From the human T2T-CHM13v2.0 reference genome, Homo sapiens: DNA of 64,000 nucleotides. Location: assembly GCF_009914755.1 (NCBI RefSeq), contig NC_060938.1. One strand, given 5' to 3'. A program made the position numbers and the translations under genes. Under the pieces are notes generated by a model that was not told the DNA's origin, ran no database searches, and saw only the letters and a list, made by a program, of their open reading frames with translations. Shown one piece after another: positions 27,412 to 39,857 of this stretch (its first letter is position 1; each line of letters opens with the position of its first letter).

Positions 27412-28097
27412 TTCCCCTTCTTTTGTTTTTTACTTTTATTTTACGTTTGGGGGTACAAGTAAAGTTTTGTTCCATAGGTAAACACGTGTCACAGGGGTTT
27501 GTTGTACATTTTTCATCACCCAGGTATTAAGCCTGGAACCCGATAGTTGCCTTTACTGCTTCTCTCCGTCCTCCCCCACTCCATCAAGTAGACCCTGCTG
27601 TCCATTTTTCCCTTCTTTGTTTTCATGAGTTCTCATCACTTAGCTCCCATTTATATGTGAGAACATGTAGTATTTGATTTTCTGTTCCTTTGTTAGTTTG
27701 CTAAGGATAATGGCCTCCAGCTCCATCCATGTTCCCGCAAAAGACATGATCTCATTCTTTTTATGGCTGGATAGTATTCCATGGTGTATATGTACCACGT
27801 TTTCTTTATCCAATCTGTCATTGATGGGCCTTTAGGTTGATTCCATGTCTTTGCTGTTGTGAGTAGTGCTGCAGTGAACACTCACGTGCATGTGTCTTCA
27901 TGATAGAATGATTTATATTCCTCTGAATATGTACCCAGTAATGAATTTCCCTTTCTTATAGGACACCAGTCACGTTGGATGACCTCATTTTAACTTGATC
28001 GTAAAGACCTTATCTCCTCATAAGGTCACATTCTGAGGTACTAGATGCTAAGGAGTCAACACATGAACATCGCAGGGACACAATTCAGCCCTAAACA
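27139..28097 (-). mobile_element. MLT1-type LTR interrupted by L1
   Basis: ggcttagacaacagaaatt...ggctggaagtc; resumes ataggacaccagtca...acaattcagccctaaaca. Confidence 0.8.
27423..27943 (-). mobile_element. 5'-truncated L1P 3' end with 14-bp TSD
   Basis: Antisense L1P 3'UTR; aatttccccttctt (27409-27422) and aatttccctttctt (27944-27957). Confidence 0.9.
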
Positions 28098-28584
28098 ATG
28101 GCTCACCTCCTATTTCTGGTGGACAGCACTGCAGTTGCCTACAAGTAAGCTTAGTGAACCTCGCCCTACGCGTTCTCCCACCAACCTTTGGAAATAGCTG
28201 GCTCACTTCTGGGAGGCTCAGGCTGAAAGGACTCATTTTGTCAATTAATTCTACAAATCACTTCTGAGAGTCTAGTCTCTGCTAGAATCTGGGCTGGATT
28301 CTGAAAGTGAGCAAGTCCCAGTGTGAGCACGGCTCAGGGGTCAGACAGATGCCGCCCCTTGTTAGCAGAGTGCTTACAGGCAAGTTGCCTTGGCACAGCA
28401 GCTTCAGACTTGTGTGATGAGAAAACAGAGGCTTACCCTCCAATGTGCATGCCGGCGCCTTTGAAAGCGATGGTCACACAGTAGCCACCTGCTTCCACCA
28501 CTGCGAGCAGTGAGGTCCCTTTCACAGGAGGTGTTTAAGCAGAGGCTGGGTGATCTCTTCTCAGGAAGGCTCTTCTGTAGTCAC

Positions 28585-28730
28585 AGGGCCCACTGGATAA
28601 TCCAGGGTCATCTCTTCATCTCAAGATCTCTCATCTCATCTTCAGTCTCTTTAGTCATATAAGGTAACACTCACAGGTTCCAGGGATTAGGATCTGGATA
28701 TCTTTGAGGACCATTATCCAGCCTACCACA
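28585..28730 (-). mobile_element. MLT1C/D LTR 5' fragment
   Basis: ataaggtaacactcacaggttccagggattagga...ccagcctaccaca. Confidence 0.75.
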
Positions 28731-29034
28731 GAGCCCCTAGGACTGGCCAGGCCAATCTGCTCTTTCAAAAATGGGGAAACTGAGGCATATAGCATGTTGT
28801 GCTCAGCCAGTCTCTCAGGGAACTGGCTACAGGGCTGAGTCATGGTGACCTGGGGCTGGGAGTTTGTGCCTGCCTCTGTATGGGACAAGAGGGCACAAAG
28901 ACCACCTCGAGGCAATGGGGTGGGAGGAGACCACCTAAACTCTGCTTGGCCTTTGCTTCTGGGCCATAGGGAGAGAGGCAGGGAAGTGCTTGGCCAGTGT
29001 CTAAGAGCTGCCTCCCTGGAGCCAAGCTGCAATT

Positions 29035-30505
29035 CAGTGGTTTTCAAATGTTTTGGTCTCATTCTTAAAAATCATTGAGGACTCCAAAGAGCTTTTGTTT
29101 ATGTGGGTCATACATAGCTATAAACATTCACCATATTAGAAATTAAAACTGAAAAATGTAAATATATATACTAATTCATTTAAAATAAAACATAAACCTG
29201 TGCATGTTAACATGCATATTTTAAGGGAAAAAACCCCTATAGTTTCTTTTTAAATGTTACTTATTTAATTTTTAGAGATGGGACCTCACTCTATCACCCA
29301 GGCTGGAGTGTAGTGGTGCTATCATAGATAACTGTAACCTTGAATTCCTGGGCTCAGGTGATTCTCCCACCTCCATCTTCCAAGTAGCTAGGACTATAGG
29401 CATGTACCATCAAACCCATCTAATTAAAAAATATATATATATATATTTTGTAGAGACAGTCTCGCTATGTTGTCCAGGCCCATTTCAAGTGATCCTCCTG
29501 CCTTGGCCTTCCAAAGCTCTGGGATTATAAGAGTGAGACACCACACCAGCTTAAAAACAACTATATTTTCTAAAACAAAAAATTTACTGAGAAGAATGAC
29601 TGTTTCACACTTTGGCAAGTCTTTTTAATGTCTGGCTTAATAAAAGAAGAATTCTCCTGTCTGCTTCTGTTTTCAGTCTGTTGTGATATGTTGCATTGAT
29701 TGAAGGATATAAAGAAAATCTAGCTTCACCAAGATATATAATTGGAAAAGGGAGGAGTATTATAATTGCCTTTTCAGGTAATTGTGAATATTTAGTTTTG
29801 ATTGGTACATCAGCATTTGACAAATGTCAGTTTCTTTTAAAATTTCAATGTGGAATATGAAATCATGTCAAAATGAAATTTTTGTATTCTGTTAAATTAC
29901 AAACCATTGTTGTATCTTGAATTTTAATGGCTCTTTTATTCATTGATGCTTTTGCAACGTCACACATTGGTCACTTGGAAAATATTGGTTCACTGAAGTA
30001 TGTCGAGATTCCAAATGTTGACACCTTTTGTCATGCAATATCAAACAGTCTCGTTCATTAACACTACCTCCAAACTCATTTTTTAAAAGTTTTTAGGTGT
30101 TGGGAAACACTTAATTATGGATATAAATTTTCCAAAATTCAAATTTTCCTTGAAAAGTTTGAATTTTTTTGTTGGCAACAAATACTGTCCATTGTTTTCC
30201 TTGAAGTGACAGGCTCACTTCATTCATTTTCTCAAAAATGTTTGCCAAATGCCCAAGTCTAAACAACCATTGTTTGCTTATCAGTTGTTCTTTCAAGAAA
30301 AAAAGGGGATTCTATGAAATAAGAAGCTGTTCATCTCTCACAACTCAGACATGCACCTGTGTGTATGAGAAGCACCCTACGTCCACTTCCTGCTTAGTCA
30401 CATAGAACGTTACAAAGACATGCAATCAAGGGTCAGGATTTAATAAAATTAATAAATTGTACTGCTTCATCAAGGATATTCCGGGTGATGGCATTTTCAG
30501 TTCAC
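29035..30505 (-). mobile_element. Charlie1-type hAT DNA transposon fragment with decayed transposase
   Basis: Terminus cagtggttttcaaa...ttgaggactccaaagagcttttgtttatgtggg; ORF 30111-30296 WLFRLGHLANIFEKMNEVSLSLQGK...KIQTFQGKFEFWK resembles Charlie/Buster transposases. Confidence 0.85.
29255..29551 (-). mobile_element. AluJ inserted in Charlie1
   Basis: Diverged antisense Alu (gaattcctgggctcaggtgattctcccacc). Confidence 0.85.
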
Positions 30506-31299
30506 TCTTCATTGCCAGGCAGCAGAGAGAGTTTGAGCAGTTAAGTGAAGGTGATGGGGACAGTTGTGCCACAAGGCCCCGGGAGAGAACACATGGGTGT
30601 TGACCAAAAGCCAGTGGGACTTTAGACAGGACTTCCTTGTAGCTGGGAGTGCTCGGCCCTGGCTGAGCGGTTCGTCATTGGCTTCTCTCACTTCAGTTTC
30701 ACAGGAGCCCCCTAAGGAAGGAGCTACAATTATGTCCCTCTAGTGAGGGCTTTCTCACTCTGGCGTTTATCTCCATGACATGGGGCACTGTTATACTCTA
30801 AGTACCAGAGCCCACCCCAGGCTTTTCTCTGTCCCTGGCACTGAGCTCAGGCACCTGGTTGGGGAGGGGGAACTGGCAGCTTCAATTCCGAATTGTGTGT
30901 CTCTGTAAGACAGGCTGTTTTCATTCTCTTTACCAGGATCCACAGAATGGGAAGAGTTACTAACCGTCTCCAAATGTCGGTTCCTTTCCTCTCCCTCTGC
31001 CCCCTTTCTGAACACCCTGCATAACCCATTCCCCAGCATGCCATTTTACAGAATGCCTCTCTGGAAGGTCAAAGAGGGGAGGTGATCGGCCCAAGGTCAC
31101 TTGGTGATTTAGAGGAGAACTGGGATCAGAACTTCTGACTCCAGACCCCTGGACAGGACTCTGTCCTCTAGAGATTCTGTGTGATATATATACATATTTT
31201 TTTAACACTGGATTGTTCTTAGTTGGCTTCTTTTGTGTGATAAGTTCTAGCTGAAGACTTGGCTTAAGATAAAACAGCGGTTTGGGCTCTTATTCTTTG

Positions 31300-31715
31300 G
31301 AGATTATCTTTCCCCCATTCTGCAATAATCAATATGTTTCAGGTCGGGTTGTCCCAGGGGAGCACACAAGAACAATCAGAGTGATTGACTATAATGGGTT
31401 CAGGGCTGGCCCAGTTAGAGTCTTCCCTGGGACTTTGGTGGAACTTCAAGGCAAGACTATCATTTCCTCCAGCTTTGGAGCAATCCGGATAACAGAGGCC
31501 CGGGGCTGCCATGGAGAAAGCCTATTGAAGAATGAAGACAGTTGAAAGGTGGGGGAAGTCCAGCTGACATCATTTGAACCTCTGGGTCCATTCATGCCAG
31601 AAGAGACCACCCCTTGGACTTCCCAGAAACTCAAGTCAACACATTTCCTTTTGTGAATCCAGCCAATTTGAGTTAGGTTCTGATAATTTACAAAAAGAAG
31701 AGTCTCAACTCACAC
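31300..31715 (+). mobile_element. Old MLT1-type LTR
   Basis: 3' part tttgaacctctgggtcca...ccttggacttc...tttgagttaggttc...agagtctcaactcacaca. Confidence 0.55.
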
Positions 31716-32284
31716 ACACACACAGCACATAGGTAAAACCTGTTCCAAAGTCTGACATCTGGAAAGGGCAATTCTGGGGCTCTTTGAGGGATGTCAGAGG
31801 CCTTCCCCTACAACCTCACTACCAGGTGAGAGCGAAAGCAAGTTTTGGGTCAATTTTTGCTCACGTGTCAATATTTACTAGCAAGCAGTCACAGAAGCTG
31901 TCCTAGAACTGTTCCGTGGCTCCAGGGAAGTCCAGGCTTTATTCTTTTAGGGACTCTTAGAGCAGACATGCCCATATTCTAGCTGTAAGATTCAGCAAAG
32001 CTTGACAAACTCCAGTAACCAATTTCCATGAGCACCCAAACAGAGACTAATTTGGAATCACACGTCTTGGGAAGAACTACAAAGGCTGAAGATCCTAACA
32101 CTAAGGTTTCTAGATTCTTCAAGATGAGTTATGCCCAGGCAGGACAGCCTAGGCAACAGCCCCAATGGTGAGCACCCCTCATTTCACCCACAGAAAATCA
32201 TTTCTAACATATGTCATGCTCTGGTTTTCACTGGAGATAAAGATGGCAAAAGTACTTCTAGAAGTTTCTTAAAAAGGTGAAAAT

Positions 32285-33185
32285 TCTTATAAACTTCTAA
32301 TTTTGGAACAATTTTAGAAAAGTGGCAAAGATAGTACAGAAAGTTTCCATTAATGTACCCCTCACTCGGTTTCCCCCAATGTGAACAGCTTACATTACTA
32401 TGGCACATTTGCCACAACTGATGAACTCACATTGGTACATTACCATTAACCAAACTCCAGACTTTACTCATATTTCTCTAGGGTTTTCCACTCATGTCCC
32501 TTTTCTCTTCCAGGGTCCCATCCAGGAAACCACATTATATTTAGTCATTGTGTCTCCTTAGGGTCCTCTGGTCTGTGACAGTCTCTCAGTCTTCCCTTAT
32601 CGTTAATGATCTTGACCCTTTTGAGGAGTGCTGTCAGGAGTTTTGTAAAATATCCCTCAATTTGGGCTTATCTGATGTTTGTCTCATCGTCAAGTGGGTG
32701 ATTCGTTTTGGGCAAGATTGCCACAGAGGTGAAGTTACCTATCATCACATCATATTAAAGACCTGCACCTTCAACATGCCCCATCACTGACGTTGATGTT
32801 GGTCCCTGGTAAAGGTCTTATTTGCCAGTTTTCACTGTAGTTCACTGTCTTCCCCCTTTCTATATTCTATATTTGAAAACAAGGCAGTAAGTCCAGCCTA
32901 CATTCGAGGGTGGTGTGGGGGGCAGTTAAGCTATCTCCGGGAGGGGGGCTCTTTATCCCCGCTCCCTTGAGTGTGGACTGGAAGCATTGCCTTCTTCTCG
33001 TCAGTGAATTCTTCTGATTTCTAAAGGAACATTTATCTCCTCTCCCCCGTTTGTTTATTTAAATCAGTATGGACTCATGGGTATTTATTGTATATTTTGG
33101 GCTACAATCCAATCGCATATTCTGAATTTCATGGCTCAAATTGTTCCAGCTTGGGCCACTGGCTGTCCTTCCAGGTTGGCTCCAG
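32285..33185 (-). mobile_element. L1MC-type 3' fragment
   Basis: aaagtggcaaagatagtacaga...ccaggaaaccacattatatttagtcattgtgtctcctta. Confidence 0.7.
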
Positions 33186-35069
33186 AAGGTGCAATTTTGA
33201 TTAGTTGCTTCACATAACTACCTACCTCTGCAGTGGGTATTTTCCTGAATAAGGCATGTTTCTGGCATTAACAAGTGGTCCCTAGGGTGTAGATTAAGAC
33301 TGATCAACCTAATGGCAAGCAGACTACATACGCTTTGCATCTTTTGTATTCATTTAACTTGTCTGTTAACGCTCATATAATGTACCATTGAGTAGATAGA
33401 CCACAGCATCATAACTCTTGTGGTCTGCTGTTTTAGAGAGCACTGATATGAACGTTTTTGTGCATTTTGACATTTATATTTATTTTCTCATGCAAATGGT
33501 TAAATTTTAATTCATGTCACTTTCTAAAGGGGTTTTGGACTGCCCCAACAACGCAGGGTATAGGGTTACCGAAACTATTATTGTAAAACAGATGAAACAC
33601 AACTGCAAATAAAAGGAACTGTAGACTGCACACTCACAGACACATACAAACATGCAAACATTTAGCCAACTCCCACATCTGTGTCAAGCTTGCTATAGCA
33701 TTTTTCAAACTCAATTACATGCTATATAGCGGGGAGGTTGACCAGAGGATCTATTAGATCTTCTAGGGCTCCCCTAGTTCTGATCTATTATGATTCTATC
33801 TGTGGAGTATAAATATCAACATTTAATATATAAACAATTTGACATATAAACATTATTGGGCTTTTTAGGGAAAAACCCAGCCATTTCTCTGGGAAGATAG
33901 CATAATCATTACATCGTCTCCACCGCGTAGTATGATATCCCCACCTGCCAGTCATCACCCTTAGCGCTTTACATCCCCACTCTTAGTAAATCTTGCTGAT
34001 ATTCCCATTTTGCAGAGGGGAGCCAGAAAGCTTGCCCGACGACATGACCTCTGTCACACCTCCCAGCAGCACAGCTGTGGCTGACCCATGTGTCAGCCTT
34101 CCCCATCGCTGCAAACTTCTTGAGAGTTGGGTCTGTGTCTCCTCCCTTCTGCTCCCCAGTGCCCAGCAGAGGCCCTGGCACACAGAAGGGGCTCAACACA
34201 CCCCAGCTGAACAGTTGAGGCAATAAAGCAGAAAGTAGAGATCAGGATATACGCACCGAAAAATCTAGTAACAAAATCCAAAGTTAAAAAAACAAAACTT
34301 GTACAAAGAATGCAGTAAAGGGGAATGGAAGAAACTGCGGTACAGAATAAAAAGTTTTGCCCTTGAGTCCGAATCCTGGTTCATATCCTGAGTGTCTGGG
34401 CCTCTCCGACCCTCAGTCTCTTCCTTGGTAAGGTTACTGTGATCCCTCCAACCTTAGGGGAACTGTGAGAATTAAAAGGAATTGACAGAAGTGTCCAACA
34501 CATCGTAGATGCCCAATAAATTGCAGGCGTAATAATTTTATTTATTAGCCAAGTTGCCTGGAACAGTCCTCTTCACTCCTCTGGATTTCTATAAAATGGA
34601 AATGATAAAGTGGCCTCTGAGGATTACAGTAGGGTTAAATGAGGAAATGTGGACCAATTCCTCAACATGGTTCTGGACCTTGGCAAGGGTTCCGTCAATG
34701 TTTGTGGAATTTGCCTGAAAAGATATGTAACATACGGCGACTGTTAATCTCTTCATTAAAAAGAAAACCTCACAAGATATGCCAAAACTACCAACGAGAA
34801 GTCCAATCAAACTGGGTCTCTGGTGCCAAAAACAACAGCTGAAAGCTTCAATTCAGCAGCGTGCGGTCAGACTCTGGTGGGTGGACACAGCCGCAGACCC
34901 TAAGCTGTGAAGTGCCCAGCCCTGGGAATCTGACCTGTTGCCTCCTTCTCTTGAGTCCCTGGGCAACTACCAATCTCCCTTCCCACTTTTCCTTCCAGAA
35001 ACTACTTTCCACCGGCCTGTTAGACAAGTGGGAGCTTCTCTCTGGTTTGTATAGTGCAGAGCTGAGAGC

Positions 35070-35300
35070 ACAGCCTTAGGGATCTCAGACAAGCTTGGGT
35101 GTTATTCCAAGCTCTGCCACTCCCTAGCTGTGTGGTCTTGGGCAAGTTACTTAACCTCTCTGTGCCTGTTTTCTCATCTGTAAAATGATAAAAATGCTCC
35201 CTACCAGAGGCTTGATGTGATGATTAAATGAGCTAATGTGTAGGAAGCTGTTAGCCAGTGCCTGGCACAGAGAAGCAAACAATGCATGGGAACGATTATT
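35070..35300 (+). mobile_element. MIR SINE
   Basis: ctctgccactccctagctgtgtggtcttgggcaagttacttaacctctctgtgcct...ctcatctgtaaaatg. Confidence 0.88.
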
Positions 35301-35304
35301 ACTA

Positions 35305-35677
35305 TTAAGTTGGTGCAAAAGTAATTGCGGTTTTTACATTAAAAGTAATGGCAGAGGCCGGGCATGGTGGCTCACGCCTGTAATGCCAGCACTTTGGGAG
35401 GCTGGGGTGGGCAGATAACGAGGTCAAGGGATCATCCTGGCCAACATGGTGAAACCCTATCTCTACTGAAAACACAAAAATTAGCTAGGCATGGTGGCAC
35501 ATGCCTGGAGTCCCAGCTACTCAGGAGGCTGAGGCAGGAGAATCTCTTGAACCCAGGAACAGAGGTTGCAGTGAGCCAAGATGGCGCCACTGCACTTCAG
35601 CCTGGTGACAGAGCGAGACTCCACCTCAAAAAAAGAAAGTAATGACAGAAATCCCAATTACTTTTGCACGAACCTAA
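35305..35677. mobile_element. MADE1 (Hsmar1-derived MITE) split by an Alu
   Basis: TIRs ttaagttggtgcaaaagtaattgcggtttt and caattacttttgcacgaacctaa with TA flanks. Confidence 0.92.
35356..35635 (+). mobile_element. AluSc-like inside MADE1
   Basis: acgaggtcaag and cagcctggtgacagag; TSD aaagtaatg(g/a)caga. Confidence 0.9.
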
Positions 35678-37789
35678 TATTTACACGAGGAAGCTTGCAG
35701 ACAGGACTGGTGATATGCAAAGCCGTGCATTAGGTAGGTGCTCACTAAATGCTTTTTGAGTGAACACAGGCAATGAATGAATAAATGTGCATATGAATGA
35801 ATGACTCATGCTAAGGTCCCTGGCTCACACTCTCCCATTCCCCCTTAGGGCCTCTCCATCCCTTCTCCTGCCCTCAGTTTCCCTCTGGGCTGCCTGTCCC
35901 CTACCCAGCAGTCTTGATCGCTGCACTCCTCAACTCTTTCTGAGCTGTCCTGTCCTCTCTACCTTCCATCAGCTGTGGCCTGGGTAGCTGGTGATGGTTG
36001 GTAGAACTATTTTGGGGCTGGAAACCCGGCAGAGTCCACCCTCCCTTTGTCACCCCAAGCCTCAGCTGGCTGTGCAAGCCACAAGCCGAGGGCTGTAGCA
36101 GGATCCCTCCCCCAGCCCATCCCCATGCCCCTGACCTGGTGCATATTTCAGAGTTGAAATGAAAGGCAAGAGGTGGGCTTGGCGAGGACCGGATAACCCC
36201 GGAGGAACTGCGAGGAATTATAAACAGTGTCACGTCAACTCCAGATTGAGCCTCAGATCCCGACTTGAGCGCGAGGAAATGGGGCTGTGACAAGGAGACG
36301 CTTCCTGCCAGACGGATGTCCAGAGGTGTCCCGAGAAGGGCATGATGACACGCAGAGGCTGAGCTGGGTGGGGAGGGCTGCTTATGTACTGCAGGTTTTG
36401 CTACGTGCCATTGAGGGGGAGCCTTTGAGGAGGGAGTGGAGCTGGAGATAGGGTCCTCATTACCTTCGCCAGTAGTCACGGAGCAGGGACATCCTCCAGG
36501 AACTCCCAGGGTCCACAGGGGACCTAGCATCCTCCCAGGGAGACTCCTGCCAGGTTTAAACATTCCTGAAGCTGGAGAACAGCCCCCTTACCTCCCCCAT
36601 CCCCACATCTTATCAGGCTCCTGGAAATTCTGAGCTCTGGTGGCGTCAGAAAGTTTGGGGAGAGATTCCAGGGCACATATTTGAACCTTTCACTGCCTCC
36701 CTGCAGTGATGGCTCTAAGACGCATGAGACTTACCTCTCTAGGGAGACGTGCCTGCAGGAAGATGAAAATGGGAGATTTCTTGATGACTTCCCCGCTGGG
36801 GAGAGAGAGCTCACTACCAGCTCTGCTGACTGCAGACAGCTCCACAGGCCCCCAGTGGGTCTGCCCAGAGCGAGCAGCCCGCCTTGGCCTTGTCTCAGCA
36901 GACACTGCCTAGCAGCCTCAGGGTGTGGCCCGAGGCAGACAGCCTGATTGTCATCACTCATCAGCAGGCGACAAGTCGCTTAACCTCCAAACCTCAGCTT
37001 CCTTGTCTATAAAATGAGAATCATTTTATGGAATAAATTTTCCAACACATGAGACCCATTCCCCGCCACCACCAGCAAAAAATGTACCCAAAACATTCCA
37101 TCACCAGTACTATAGCACTGAGGCTGAGCCTCGAAGCCATCAAATCATGAATTGGCAACTGCAGGTCACACCATTTCCCCATCTCTTCAATATTCCGTTT
37201 TCTGCATGAACAAAATTGTATGTTTTCCAATCATTTTCAATGCAAATGTTTTTTCAAACACATTTCAATGTTGTTCAAAAAAGGTAAATTAGAATGTATT
37301 TTATCCACCACTTTGTATCCACAAGGAGGATGACAGGTTGTGACGATTTGAGGAGATGACATTGGGGCCAGCACGTTATATATTTATTTGTCTTCTAGGT
37401 TGGTTACACACATCCTCGGTGCCAGGCCCTAGAGCCCAGGGATGCTGCAGACACAGTCTCCACATCTCAATGCCATGGTCTTAGAGGAAGATGGGGGCGC
37501 TAAGAGATGGCAGATACATCCTATGCTGAAAGTGTTTGGGTAGCGATAGGGATCCAAGGCTGTGCGAGTTCACATGTACATCCACCCGGGGTCCCTGACT
37601 CAGGAAAGCCTTCCAGGGTAAATGACATTTGAGCTGATCGTTAAGGATAAGTTGACTTAAGGGTAGGGAGACATTTTAAACAGAGCAAACAGCAAGTGCA
37701 AAAATAGAGGGGCATCAGAGTCTGACATTTCACACTGTAAGACATTTCCCCATTACAGCTACTACTTCTGATAGTAATCACACAAATGG

Positions 37790-39160
37790 TAATAATTCCA
37801 GTGAACATTGACTGCTTACCTACGGTGCATCTGGTATTGTGCCAAGCATCATGCAGACATGCCCCATGTGATCCTCACCATAACCCAGTGAGATACAGTC
37901 TCCAGTTGTCCCCATTTTCCAGATGAGGAGACGGAGGGAGGATTTGCAGCTACACCTAGGTTGTGGAGCTGGTGATCCCAAGCAATCCGACTTCGAGCCT
38001 GTGATGTTGTCTGTTGCTGCTGTGCTGCTTTGGGAAGAGAGAGGGATTCTGTGAATTTGCTCTCACTTAACCAACCCAATAACCCTTGGAGGTAGAAGTA
38101 TCTGCCTCTCATGTTGCAGGTGAGGGGTCAATGGCTCAGAGAGGAAGAGTGTGTGGCCCAAGCTCACACAGTGGCGGGAGGCGGAACAGGAGGCAGAGCC
38201 AGAGCAGCCTCCAAGTGTGGACTTTTCTAGACCATCTGAGACGAACACGGTCAACAGCTTCCTTGGTTGGCTTATTCTTTATTTGTATCAGAAAAGAAAT
38301 TAATTCGAGTAGAAGTCTCAGCTGCCACTTCTTGACCCTACAGAATGAGGCTGGGTTCCTGTCGCTCTCATCTTGGGCTTGCTTCTCAACCTGCGACTTC
38401 ACAGAACCCCAATGTCCACTCCTAACCCTAGGTACCTTATGTTCCCTCCTGCTTCTGTACCCACAATTCATTGACCCTTCTTCAAGGCCCCGCTCATAAG
38501 CCACCTCCTCCAGGAAGCCCCTTGCCCCTGCCCCCACCCCAGCCAGGTGAACATGAACTTGTCTTGCATTACCACCCCCTTGCATCTCCTGCTTGGTCCT
38601 TGGCTGAGGCAAGGGGATTCTTCAATGAGGCAGCCTGGATTCAAATTCTGCCCTGGCTCACCAGCCATTACCGTGGCCACTCACTTGACCCCTCAAGCTC
38701 CAGTTTCCCCATCTAATAAAGGGGGAGAGATACTAGTAAGATCAACCTCACAGGACACTGTAAAGGCAAAACGAGGTAAGTACCTAGCACAGTGCTTGGC
38801 TCAATAGATGTTAGCTGCTGTTGCTCACAGCACCAGGGAGTGGGTGAACACTGTGTTCTAGGACTGAGTCTTAGGAATGAATCTCAAGCTCCCAAAGCCA
38901 GGAGTCCATAGTCCTGGGAGTCCAAGTCCATAGGAATCTCAAGCTCCCAAAGCTGGAAACACTTCTTGGCTTCCCTGAATCCCTTGAGACACAAGGGATC
39001 ATGAAGGAGACACAGAGTCGGGAGTCAGGGAGGGTGCAAATCTCAGCTCTTCTACAGCCTTGCTGTGTACATTTGGGCATGTTACTTAACTTCACTGAGC
39101 CTCCATTTTTTCAACTGGAAAATTAGAATATCTATCCCTACCTCATGGGTTGTTATGAAG
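37790..39160. mobile_element. Cluster of MIR fragments on both strands
   Basis: ccccattttccagatgaggagacggag (37910), ggattcaaattctgccct (38637), tttgggcatgttacttaacttcactgagcctc (39072). Confidence 0.7.
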
Positions 39161-39390
39161 AAAAAAAAAAGACTCGTTCATGCATTCATTCATCAATGGA
39201 GACATTGAGCTCCTGGTTTGTACCACACACTGCACTCAGGGCTGGGGATATGATGGTGAATGACACACAGGCCTGGTCTTGAGAGGCTCATGGCCAGCCC
39301 ATCGCACTAGACGACTCCTGCACCAACAGAAGTGCTTGCAAGGCCTCCGAGTGCACTTTCCACACAATATGCAGAAGAGTCAGGAGCTGA

Positions 39391-39857
<467 letters not shown>

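Noticed and set aside
35901-36563. 220-aa minus-strand ORF (likewise 13509-14075, 24863-25366, 25514-26050)
   Set aside because: No recognisable domain; composition typical of chance ORFs in GC-rich DNA; one runs through MER81
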